A model generated the notes under the pieces. It was not told the DNA's origin. It did no database searches and saw only the letters and a list, made by a program, of their open reading frames with translations. DNA of 64,000 nucleotides from an uncultured bacterium (GTDB lineage Bacteria > Chloroflexota > UBA5177 > JANWHV01): contig CAWHAE010000012.1 of assembly GCA_963827235.1 (NCBI GenBank), forward strand, positions 1,312,001 to 1,376,000. The letters are read 5' to 3'. A program made the position numbers and the translations under genes. Positions 1-8,969 of this stretch are shown piece after piece (position 1 is the first letter of the stretch; each line of letters starts with the position of its first letter).

Positions 1-512
1 ACGCGGCCGTCCAGGTCGTAGATCCGCGCGAGCGGTGAGCCCTCTCCCAACCCGTTGTCCAGGGTATGGCCGTCGACCACAGTACGAGCGCATCGACCCC
101 AGGCGGCGAAGGACACTGCGGGATGGTCGCTCCGCCGCACGTCGGGCCAGGTGCGAAAGAGCTCGGCGATCCGGCCCATCCCGCGCGTCGGCGTGCGACG
201 CGCGTCGAAGGCCGGCCAAGTGGCACGGATGGTATCGACCCAGCCGGCCGGCACGGGAGGGTCCTGCCAGCTCGCCGGGTCCGAGTTGTCGGCGGAATGG
301 GCAGGCATCACCAGCGTGCCCGACGGCGTGAGGACATCCTGCAGCGCGTGGAGCACAGAAACCGGTCCGCCGCTAATCCAGCCGAGAGCACTGAGCGATG
401 AGTGCACGAGCACGACCATATCCTCGCGCAAGCCAAGCTCGCGCAGGTTCTCCGCCAGACTCGTACGCGTGCCCGGCGACGATGAACGGGCGATGGCATC
501 CGCTTCGCTCAT
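1..512 (-). CDS. AAC(3)/YokD-family N-acetyltransferase (3' end runs off the window)
   Basis: Not in the ORF track; manual translation from ATG 512 gives MSEADAI...VLVHSSLSALGWISGGPVSVLHALQDVLTPSGTLVMPAHS...TPTRGMGRIAELFRTWPDVRRSDHPAVSFAAWG...LGEGSPLARIYDLDGR, matching AAC(3) family motifs. Confidence 0.88.
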   Translation of the reverse strand, partial: MSEADAIARSSSPGTRTSLAENLRELGLREDMVVLVHSSLSALGWISGGPVSVLHALQDVLTPSGTLVMPAHSADNSDPASWQDPPVPAGWVDTIRATWPAFDARRTPTRGMGRIAELFRTWPDVRRSDHPAVSFAAWGRCARTVVDGHTLDNGLGEGSPLARIYDLDGR

Positions 513-645
513 GGCAACGGCTTTCACTCAGCGTCGGACCCTACCGGCAGCCGAGTGCTCCTTCCCGACAGCCGTCGAGTGCAGTATAGCGGTGCGGGCG
601 GAGCGGACACGGCAGCCGCGTACCCGAGAGCAGCACGGTGGCCGG

Positions 646-1632
646 CTAAATCCATCTCCGGCGACGGTAGTACGTGAGCTGCGCCAGACTCAGCAGAAGC
701 ATGCCGGAGAGAGCGAGCCACCAGAGGTAGCCGGTGTCGTGCTGAACTTGCGGCATATTGCCGAAGTTCTGGCCGAACACTCCGGTGATGAACGTGATCG
801 GCATGAAGATCGAAGCAAAGATAGTCAGCCGCTTCATCACTTCGTTCTGGCGGTTGGACACCATCGACAGGTAGGCATCCATTGCGCTGCTCATCAGGTC
901 GCGGTAAGAATCGATCACTTCGAAGGTGCGAACGAGGTGGTCGTAGATATCGCGGAAGTAGATGGTGTACTGCGGATCGATGATCTCGTCCTGGCGTGCA
1001 ATCAAGCGATTGAACACTTCGAGCTGGGGGCTGACTACCTTGCGCAGCAGACCGAGCGAATGCTTCAAGGTAAAGATCTCCTGCAGCTCGGCAGGGATAG
1101 GGTTGTCGAGGATGCGCACTTCCAGGTCGTCAATGGCATCGTCGATGACGTCTAGAACCGGATAATAGGAATCGACCAGCCGGTCGACCACCTCGTAGAG
1201 CGCCAGCACGGGGCTCTTCCCGAGCTGGGCGCACGCGTGCTCCGGCCCCTGCGGATCCTTGAGGATCTCGGGGAGAGAGCCATCGTGGTTGGTGATCAGG
1301 AAGCTCTTGCCGATCACGATGTCAAGCTCCGGCACCGCAACCTGCTTCGTGTGGCTGTCGAAGGTCATGCCGTGCATGATCAGGACGTTGTAGCCGTCAA
1401 ACGCCTCGAGTTTCGCACGCTGTCCGCGAACCAGCAGATCCTCGACCGTCAGATCCAGCAGGCCGAACACTCTGGCGACGAAATCCAGCTCATCGCTCGT
1501 GACCGATTCCAGGTCGATCCAGACCGAGGACTGCGCGTCACGGTGGTGCTGCTCAATCTCTTCGCGGGACGGATTGACGAGCGGCCGGCCGTCACCGGCA
1601 TGGATACGGGCATACAGCATACGGAGCCTCAC
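646..1632 (-). CDS. corA: CorA-family Mg2+/Co2+ transporter
   Basis: WIDL motif, YFRDIYDHL, NEVMKRLT..IFMPITFITGVFGQNF and two C-terminal TM helices. Confidence 0.9.
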   Translation of the reverse strand: MRLRMLYARIHAGDGRPLVNPSREEIEQHHRDAQSSVWIDLESVTSDELDFVARVFGLLDLTVEDLLVRGQRAKLEAFDGYNVLIMHGMTFDSHTKQVAVPELDIVIGKSFLITNHDGSLPEILKDPQGPEHACAQLGKSPVLALYEVVDRLVDSYYPVLDVIDDAIDDLEVRILDNPIPAELQEIFTLKHSLGLLRKVVSPQLEVFNRLIARQDEIIDPQYTIYFRDIYDHLVRTFEVIDSYRDLMSSAMDAYLSMVSNRQNEVMKRLTIFASIFMPITFITGVFGQNFGNMPQVQHDTGYLWWLALSGMLLLSLAQLTYYRRRRWI

Positions 1633-1786
1633 TCATTTTGCGCGATCGTCGCGGTGTGGCGCCGCAGGATGGCTACACATCGCACCGCCCGGGTCATGAT
1701 TATCCTTGCCTGCCGCTCCCCAGTGGGGATGGCGGGCGGCCGACCGTCCACCAGATCGCTGCTCTGTAGGGTCAAGTCGCGCGCCG

Positions 1787-4153
1787 TCACTGCAGATAGA
1801 GACGATACTCGTTTGCCGTGAGGATAGCGCCTTTGCCGACCACTGCAATACCCGCCGCCGGTTTCAGGCCGGGGATCGCCCTGGTGTAAAGCACCGGCTT
1901 GCTGCCGTTAACGGCGATGCGGGCTGCCAGCGCCTTCGTGCCCAGCGTCACGCCGACATGCACGACGTTCAACCCGCTGCCTCGACGCACACTCTTGCTG
2001 CCCAGCGGACCCAGCACGGCTTTGCTGTGTCCCGGCGTCAGCTCCAGGACCGTGATCCTGCCGATTGTGTCGACCACCGCCGCCAGTACCAGCGTCGCAG
2101 TGTGCTGCCGCCCATGTACGACGGTCTTCGTCGTCTCACGCGCGAACACTACCCCACCCATGGGAGGTGCCGACATCTTGCTGGATAAGGCGAGCATAAC
2201 GTCTTCGGAGAATGCTTTTGTGCCGGCCAGCGTGGCATACTGTGGAATGCCGGCCACGGCCCACGGACCGTTCTTCGTCGCCCGCAGCGCCATCAGGTCG
2301 TTGGCAATCAGCGGAGTAGCGCCGCCCGACCAGCCCAGCGCATTGTCCAGGAAGTATTCGTCGACCACGGGCTTCTGACCGGCTGCCGGGTTCACGCTGA
2401 GGCCGTCGCATACCACCTGTGCGCCCGGATCGGCTTGCAGACCTATGCTGCCGGTCGGCGCCGCGCTCCAGGCCTGGGCAGTGACAAACGTGGGCTGGCC
2501 GTTGAGCGACACCGAGAACACGCCGGGCTTATGACCAATACCGGGCACGAGGGTGAGCTGCAACTCGTTGACCGTGTTGTGGCCGAGCCTGATCGCGGCA
2601 GAGGGACGCCAGTTAATCAGCATGGACGTGTGCCCGGCCTGCGTCTTCTGCAGGGCCCACGCGCCGCTGCCACGCACCACCAGCGACACGCCGACCGGCG
2701 ATGGGCCAGCGACGCTTGCCGCCACGATGCCATAGCTTGCCGAGCTCGGTCCTTTGACCAGGCGCAGAATCCCTCTCAGGACGAACCCGCTGCGTCCGGT
2801 CGTATATCCCTTACGCAGGGCCTGCAGCGGGTGAGCGCCCTTGGTGTCGTCCAGCCAGAGATCGCCGCCGCGCCTGTAGACGGTAACGGAGTTGCTCCAG
2901 GCGGTTGTCGGAGGAATGAACGTCTCGGCAACCGGCGTCGTGTGTAGCGGCGGTGTCGCGGTAGCGATCACGGTCGGCACGGGAGTGTTGCCCACCACGG
3001 GCGTGACGGCCGGCTCCTTTGCCGTCTTCGACGACGACGTGAGGAAGACGTAGAGCAGCGCGGCAATGGCCGCGATCACCACGATCACCATGATCCCGAT
3101 CCCGGCCACGGACCACCAGCGGGTTGTCGTGCCCTCCTGCTCCTGCTCCTGCGCCTGCGCCGGCGCGCGTGCCTGCATCGCCGTGCCGAGCAAGGGCGTC
3201 AGGGCGGCGCGCATGGCCACGCCCGAGGAAAAGGCGACCGACGGATCGCTTGACACCGCGCGATTGACGAAGTCGGCGATGCCCACGCTGGTGCGCGGCG
3301 ACCACTCGCGCACGGGCGGGAACGGCCGGTCCGGCTCGTCGACGCCGGCAAAGACATCGCGGCCGGTGAGCGCGGCATGAAGCGTCGCTCCCACGCCGTA
3401 GACGTCATCACGTATACCCACGAGGCCAAGCCGGCCGCTCTTGCCGCGCTTCGCCGCTTTCGCGGACGCAGCCGCCGACGGCGCCAGCGTGCTTGGCTGG
3501 CCGGGCAGCTCCAGGTAGGATCGCAGGCCGAGCCGCGGCGCCAGTCCGAAGCCGATCACGCGCGGCCGGCCGTCTTCCGACGCCATCACATGTGCGGGCT
3601 GGATCTCTCCGTGCACGAAGGGTGGATTCCGCTCCTGCAGATACTCGAGCAAGCCCACCAGCATGCCGGCCCAATCGCGCGCTTGCTGTTCCGCGTAACC
3701 CCGGCCGCGATCCACGAGTGCCGTCTCGAGATTCTTGCCCGGCAGCATGGCCATCACCAGGTAGTGGCGGCCGCCGGTGGAGAAGCCGGCGTAGATCTCG
3801 GGTAGGCACGGGTGTTTGAGGTGCTGCACGATCTTGACTTCACGGGCGAAGCGCTCTCGCAACGCGTCGCGATCGCCTGCCGCGCTTCCAGGTGGTGCCA
3901 GCAGCTCTTTGATTGCAACATCTCGCCTGCGGCGCTCGTCAACCGCCCGGTACACGGCGCCGGTGCTGCTGACGCTCAGCGTCGCGGCGATACGGTAGGC
4001 CCCGCTCAGCAACGCACCCTCGTGCAGCGGGGTCCCCGGCTGGCCACAGACGCTACAGAAGGTTTGCTCGCCGGAGATGGGCGCACCACAGAATGGACAG
4101 GAGGCAGGTTCCTGAGAAGAATCCGATGCGACCGGCAGTTCGGCTGTGCTCAT
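1787..4153 (-). CDS. Membrane-anchored Hanks-type kinase-like protein (probable pseudokinase): zinc ribbon, kinase fold, TM helix, two extracellular beta-sandwich domains
   Basis: CPFCG..CSVCG, VAIKE, RFAREVKIVQHLKHPCLP, DVYGVGATL, then a TM helix and a PT-rich linker. Start placed at ATG 4153 (MSTAEL). Confidence 0.85.
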   Translation of the reverse strand: MSTAELPVASDSSQEPASCPFCGAPISGEQTFCSVCGQPGTPLHEGALLSGAYRIAATLSVSSTGAVYRAVDERRRRDVAIKELLAPPGSAAGDRDALRERFAREVKIVQHLKHPCLPEIYAGFSTGGRHYLVMAMLPGKNLETALVDRGRGYAEQQARDWAGMLVGLLEYLQERNPPFVHGEIQPAHVMASEDGRPRVIGFGLAPRLGLRSYLELPGQPSTLAPSAAASAKAAKRGKSGRLGLVGIRDDVYGVGATLHAALTGRDVFAGVDEPDRPFPPVREWSPRTSVGIADFVNRAVSSDPSVAFSSGVAMRAALTPLLGTAMQARAPAQAQEQEQEGTTTRWWSVAGIGIMVIVVIAAIAALLYVFLTSSSKTAKEPAVTPVVGNTPVPTVIATATPPLHTTPVAETFIPPTTAWSNSVTVYRRGGDLWLDDTKGAHPLQALRKGYTTGRSGFVLRGILRLVKGPSSASYGIVAASVAGPSPVGVSLVVRGSGAWALQKTQAGHTSMLINWRPSAAIRLGHNTVNELQLTLVPGIGHKPGVFSVSLNGQPTFVTAQAWSAAPTGSIGLQADPGAQVVCDGLSVNPAAGQKPVVDEYFLDNALGWSGGATPLIANDLMALRATKNGPWAVAGIPQYATLAGTKAFSEDVMLALSSKMSAPPMGGVVFARETTKTVVHGRQHTATLVLAAVVDTIGRITVLELTPGHSKAVLGPLGSKSVRRGSGLNVVHVGVTLGTKALAARIAVNGSKPVLYTRAIPGLKPAAGIAVVGKGAILTANEYRLYLQ

Positions 4154-4335
4154 ACTCAGACTCCCAGCGCACGCTCCGTCTGTGCAGCGTAGCTGCAGGC
4201 AGGGGATGGTCCTATGCACCATTATGGCAGAGTCACCGGACGCGTGGATGGCCGGTCTCACCGGAGAACCGCAGCAGAGTGCTGACACAAGCGGCATGCT
4301 GTGCGACAATCGCACCTGAGTATCGGGGGAATGGA

Positions 4336-4626
4336 ATGACGCGCTACGAGTACGAGCACGCTTTTCTCCAGCATCTGACCAATCACGAGCAAACCACCGG
4401 GATCCCGATCGACGTGGCCGAGGGCCTGAACGCCTGGGGGGCGGATGGCTGGGAGATCGTGCACATGGAGGCGGTCTGGGTGTGGCAGAAAGGCGACCAT
4501 GGCGCCTGCTGGCCGGAGGCACTGCGCGGATATTATGTCACGTTCAGGCGTGAGGTGGGCGCTCACCATGCCGGGTCTCGCGCCGTTGCCGAAGCGGAGG
4601 AACCGTTGGCGGACGTGCCGCTATGA
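4336..4626 (+). CDS. DUF4177-like small protein
   Basis: MTRYEY...LNAWGADGWEIV...YVTFRRE pattern; GGGGGA RBS; overlaps the next gene (ATGA). Confidence 0.75.
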   Translation: MTRYEYEHAFLQHLTNHEQTTGIPIDVAEGLNAWGADGWEIVHMEAVWVWQKGDHGACWPEALRGYYVTFRREVGAHHAGSRAVAEAEEPLADVPL

Positions 4627-5999
4627 GCGGCGGGCGCGTTGCCTGGTCGCCGGCGCCCGTCCGCATCACGCTGGCACTGCTCCTTGCCTTGCTGTCTCTG
4701 GCTCCCGCGCCGGCGGGCGCCATGCTCGAGCAGCAAGCGATTACCATGTGGACGCGCTACTGGCAGTGCCGGGTACGTGCAACGCCCGGCGGCACGATCC
4801 TGACCGAGCTCGATCGCGATCAAGAGGTCCGGGTGATTGGCAGTGCACTGGCCGGGGGAAAGGTTCGCTGGGATCGGGTGCGGCTCTGGGGCGCTCTGGA
4901 CGGCTGGATGGAGGCGGATCTGCTCTCTGCCACACCGCTCGCCGTGTCTTTTACCTCCGGAGGATCGATCTCCCCCAGTCCCGTCGGACGGCACTCGCCG
5001 ATGCCGCTCCACGCCACGGCAGTAGCGAGCGGGCCGGCGATGCTGCGCAAGGCGGCCAGCACATCGGCCGCCGTGATACGCGTGGTACACGCGGGCACCA
5101 AGCTCACCATCGCACGTTGGGCCACCGATAGCCGGGGCCGGGCCTGGTACGGCACCAGTACTCCCGCCGGTGCCTGGGTCGATGCCGACCAGGTAGACCT
5201 GGCCGGCGGCCGCGGCGTAGCCGGTCTCACCGCACTGCGCGGGGTGGGCATGTGGCTGACCCCGGCGGTACTGAACATTGCCTCGGCCCAATCGATCGTC
5301 AGCGCCGCGGTCGCAAGCCACGTCACCCACCTCTACGTGGAAGTAGCCGGCACCCACGCGTTCTACGGGGCCGACGTGCTGGAGCACCTGCTGCCCGTGG
5401 CGCACAAGGCCCATATCGCCGTGCTGGCCTGGGTCTATCCCTACCTGAACGACGTGCCGACGGACGTGGCCATCGCCGTCCAGGCCGCGGGCTTTGTAGC
5501 CAGCACCGGCGACCGGCCCGACGGCATTGCCGCCGACGTCGAGCAGAACATGGAGGAGCCGTACGTGCGCGCCTACAGTCAGGTCCTGCGCGCCCGCCTC
5601 GGCCCGAATGCCCTGATGATCATCGCTATCTACCCGCCGCAGAGCTATTGGGGCGAGCGCTTTCCCCTGCATATCGCCATGCAAAGCTGGAACGTCGCCG
5701 CGCCCATGGATTACTGGGATGTCACGCACACGCGCTTGTCGGAGGCCGAGACGTACGACTACGTGGCAGCCAGCATCAGGGGCATTCGCACCGCTACGCA
5801 CGACGCCAAGACGGCCGTCGAGCCGGTCGGCCAGATGTTCGACGTATTCAGCGACGGCCGGCACAGTCCCACCAGTGCGGAAGTACGAGGCGCCATCCGC
5901 GCCGCCGAAGCGGAGAAGGCTACGGGCATCAGCTTCTTCGAGTGGAACCATGCCACGCCCGGCGAGTGGGACGCGCTGCAAACGCCGTACGAATTCTAG
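4623..5999 (+). CDS. Secreted protein with two SH3-like domains and a C-terminal glycoside-hydrolase-like TIM barrel
   Basis: Signal peptide; VRATPG..W..V..GW and LRKAASTSAAVI..WY..WV repeats; C-terminal GIAADVE, APMDYW and GISFFEW motifs. Confidence 0.7.
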   Translation: MSGGRVAWSPAPVRITLALLLALLSLAPAPAGAMLEQQAITMWTRYWQCRVRATPGGTILTELDRDQEVRVIGSALAGGKVRWDRVRLWGALDGWMEADLLSATPLAVSFTSGGSISPSPVGRHSPMPLHATAVASGPAMLRKAASTSAAVIRVVHAGTKLTIARWATDSRGRAWYGTSTPAGAWVDADQVDLAGGRGVAGLTALRGVGMWLTPAVLNIASAQSIVSAAVASHVTHLYVEVAGTHAFYGADVLEHLLPVAHKAHIAVLAWVYPYLNDVPTDVAIAVQAAGFVASTGDRPDGIAADVEQNMEEPYVRAYSQVLRARLGPNALMIIAIYPPQSYWGERFPLHIAMQSWNVAAPMDYWDVTHTRLSEAETYDYVAASIRGIRTATHDAKTAVEPVGQMFDVFSDGRHSPTSAEVRGAIRAAEAEKATGISFFEWNHATPGEWDALQTPYEF

Positions 6000-6042
6000 C
6001 CGGGGCACGTCCGGTCAAGCGAGCACCGGAGCGCCGGGCGCG

Positions 6043-6582
6043 TTAGCGCACGGTCACCGTCTGGCCGCGCGCAATGCGGCCCCCGCGCACGACACGGGCT
6101 AGTGCACCCTGCTCTCCGTTCTTCATAGCCTCGCGCAGACCGGGCGAAATGAGATCCATCTCCTCGCAAGGATCGCGCCGGATGGTGAGCTCGAGCACGG
6201 CGACCTCCTCGCCGTCGCCGAAGACGAGGACGCGGCCGAGCAGGCTCGGCAGGTGCACGTCGCCTGCCAGCACCACCTGCGACTTTACGAACTCCGTGGG
6301 AAACTCGCCGAAGCGCGCGTGGAGGCGCCGCAGCGTTCCTTCGTCGATCAGGCTGACCTGCCGCTTGCTCTCCTGCCCTTCAAATCGTTCGCGCAAGTGG
6401 CGCGGTGGCGACCCGGCGAGGCCAATCTGGGCCAGTGCCAGCACGTCTTCCACCGGAATCATCGGCGTCGGCGCCGTATCTTCGGGTCTCGAGGGCTGTG
6501 GCCCATGCAGATAGAGCGCGGCCACCAAAGTCCTGATACCATCCGGGACCGGGGTGTCGTCGATAGTGTCGCTTACCGTCAT
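6043..6582 (-). CDS. MOSC-domain protein
   Basis: RQVSLI, RDPCEEMD..PGL, GALARVVRGGRI..G; start at MTVSD. Confidence 0.75.
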   Translation of the reverse strand: MTVSDTIDDTPVPDGIRTLVAALYLHGPQPSRPEDTAPTPMIPVEDVLALAQIGLAGSPPRHLRERFEGQESKRQVSLIDEGTLRRLHARFGEFPTEFVKSQVVLAGDVHLPSLLGRVLVFGDGEEVAVLELTIRRDPCEEMDLISPGLREAMKNGEQGALARVVRGGRIARGQTVTVR

Positions 6583-6712
6583 GCTCTGGCGGACTTTCTG
6601 AATCAGCGCTCCGCGCCGTCTTTGGCCGGGCACCATCCGGCCGTCTCTGCCCAGCATAGCACATGGCATGCCGCCGAGGCCCGGCCGGAAGGCGCCCTCT
6701 CACGGCCTCAGC

Positions 6713-7681
6713 TCAAGCCAGGACCCGCCGTAGAAACTGCAGCTTGGCCTGCGTCTGGAAGCTCTGTCCGCTCTCGTGCCCGTTGAACGGGTACACCTTG
6801 ATCTCTTTCGGACCGGCGAAGTGATTGTAGGCCGCGTAGACCGTGGAGGGCGGGCAGATGTCGTCCATCAGGCCAACCGAGAACAAGCCGGTAGCGCGAC
6901 AGCGCGCGGCAAAGTTCACGCCGTCAAAGTAGGAGAGCGTCTCGAACACCCGATCGATCTTGTCTCGGTGGATGTGGCAGTAGCGAACGATCTCTTGGTA
7001 GGGATGCGTATCGACGAGCTCGCAGGCACGCCGGTAATAGCAGAGAAACGGCACGTCCGGCATCGCAGCCAGAACGTCGGGCACGAGTCCTGCCGCCGCC
7101 AGCGTGATGCCGCCGCCTTGACTGCCGCCGCCCACCACGATCTTGGCCGGATCGACCTCCGGTCTGGCCCTGGCCACCTCGATCGCGCGCACGGCGTCGG
7201 TAAACACGCGCCGGTAGTAGTACGTCTGCGGCGAAAGCACGCCCCGCGTCATGAAACCGGGAAACTGGGGGTTGCCGCCGTCGGGCTCGTTATCGGCGGT
7301 GTCGCCCGGGCCCCAGGCACTGCCCTGACCGCGGGTATCCATGACGAAGTGCGCGTACCCCGCGCTGGCAAACAGCAGCCAATCGAACGGCAGCCCGCGC
7401 CCGCCGCCATAGCCGATGAACTCAACCACGCAGGGCAGCGGCGCGGCGTGCTCCTTGGGAACTACGAACCAGCCCCTGATGGGCTGTCCGGCGTATCCGG
7501 CGAAGGTGACGTCGTAGAAGGCCAGCGAGGGGAAGCGAAGGTCCACTGGATCGAAGCGCGCGGTCTGCGGATGCGACCGGCTTTCCGCGAGCGTACCGCG
7601 CCAGAACTCGTCGAAATCCGGCGGTTCCACGCGCGCGGGCTTGTATTCAACCAGTTCCTCGTAGGGCAGATCCACCAGCAT
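6713..7681 (-). CDS. CE7 acetylxylan esterase / cephalosporin-C deacetylase
   Basis: PPDFDEFW, DTRGQG, GGSQGGG nucleophile, DDICPPSTVYAAYN, GHE; GGAGG RBS before MLVDLP. Confidence 0.92.
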   Translation of the reverse strand: MLVDLPYEELVEYKPARVEPPDFDEFWRGTLAESRSHPQTARFDPVDLRFPSLAFYDVTFAGYAGQPIRGWFVVPKEHAAPLPCVVEFIGYGGGRGLPFDWLLFASAGYAHFVMDTRGQGSAWGPGDTADNEPDGGNPQFPGFMTRGVLSPQTYYYRRVFTDAVRAIEVARARPEVDPAKIVVGGGSQGGGITLAAAGLVPDVLAAMPDVPFLCYYRRACELVDTHPYQEIVRYCHIHRDKIDRVFETLSYFDGVNFAARCRATGLFSVGLMDDICPPSTVYAAYNHFAGPKEIKVYPFNGHESGQSFQTQAKLQFLRRVLA

Positions 7682-8131
7682 ACGGCCTCCCAAAGTCTCC
7701 GTCACGAGGCGCGGATCGGAATCCGCGCGGACGCATACGACAACGCCGAGCGCCGGTCCCCAGCCCGAAGCATGTCCCGGCGAGACCGCCCGGCCCACAG
7801 TCCATAGTATCTCGGGTAGACGACCGCCGGGTACGCACAGCGCGGTGGATGGAGCGGGTCTGCACCCGAATGAACGCCCGCGAGCCCATGCCGTTGGCAC
7901 TATCGTCTGCCGCACGCTGGCCGAACGTGCTCGGCTTATGGATGTGCTCACGCGACGGCATTCTGGACTTTCACCTGGTGAAGCTCCTCGGCGCACGATG
8001 GCCACGGTTCGCCGTATCAGGCGGGCGCCGCGGCTCAGGCTGGGGCGGATCGGTTGGCACGATACCGTGTCCCGGCGTTCCCGGCCCGGGCACCCGCGAG
8101 CGTACTACCGTCAAGCGAATGGCACTGACTA

Positions 8132-8161
8132 GTATCTATCTGCACCGGTGCAGATAGATAC
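8132..8161. repeat. Perfect 30-bp palindrome GTATCTATCTGCACCGGTGCAGATAGATAC
   Basis: Self-complementary over all 30 nt; related half-sites at 8375-8391 and 8485-8501. Confidence 0.95.
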
Positions 8162-8612
8162 ATTATGCTGATAGGGCGGCGTGTGGGTATGCCGACGTCG
8201 GTGACCGGTCCCGGCTTTGGCGCCCGCCTCGTGCCGGTGGTTGCCGAAGGTCGCAACCTTTCACCCCACCGCAAAAAGATAACCAGAGCTGTGACTGCGG
8301 CGGCGGTGACGCGGGGGGAACTGCCGGCCACGTCGCCGCCTGCCCGGCACATCTCCTGAGCACCAGAGTGATAGGTATCTATTTGCATCGGGTATCTTCG
8401 AGCCGGAGACGGATCGAGCGGCCCTTGCTGCCACATGCGTGCCACTCGCTCCGCCGCTTCTTCCCCTCGAGAGCATCCACCATTGAACCTATTTGCGCCG
8501 GGCGCCGCGCCACCGTCCAGAATGGCGGCGTGCCAAGCCATCGTGCATATCGTTGGGCCAGACAGTCGCCCCAGCTCGCGAGCGGTCAGCCGATGGCGGG
8601 CACAACCGGACC

Positions 8613-8712
8613 GTGACGCGGCCGCCTGTCGTTACACGACAATCGCAGCCATGCCGGGTATATCCGGAGACTGCCGCGGCCCAGGGCTCGCCCGGCCCAA
8701 GCTTTCGGCCAT
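8613..8712 (+). repeat. Dispersed intergenic repeat, copy 1 (diverged, ~9-nt internal deletion)
   Basis: 40/54 ungapped identity to 60040-60093, followed by the shared GAGAC..CCGCGG.CCCAGG block. Confidence 0.75.
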
Positions 8713-8969
8713 GCCGTGCGGGTCCGGCCGCCGATGGCAGGCACATGGTGCTGTGACAGCGCGGGCGCCTACAATAGTGAGCAGCCGGCCAGGGACGAGA
8801 CGGCCTTGAGGACGGCCACGACTGGCGGCGGCAGGACGAGGATGTCCCGCCACTATTGGCAGCGGAAACGCGCCGAACCGGTCCTGCTCGGTCGCGCGCG
8901 GCACGCCCGACAGCTCCGGCGCGGGAACCGCAGGGGCAGGATAGCGCAGAGATTGGAGGAGCGACCGAC

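Noticed and set aside
8190-8260. c-di-GMP-I riboswitch-like GGCAACC...CAAAGCC on the minus strand
   Set aside because: No GNRA tetraloop/receptor or proper P1/P2 pairing could be built.
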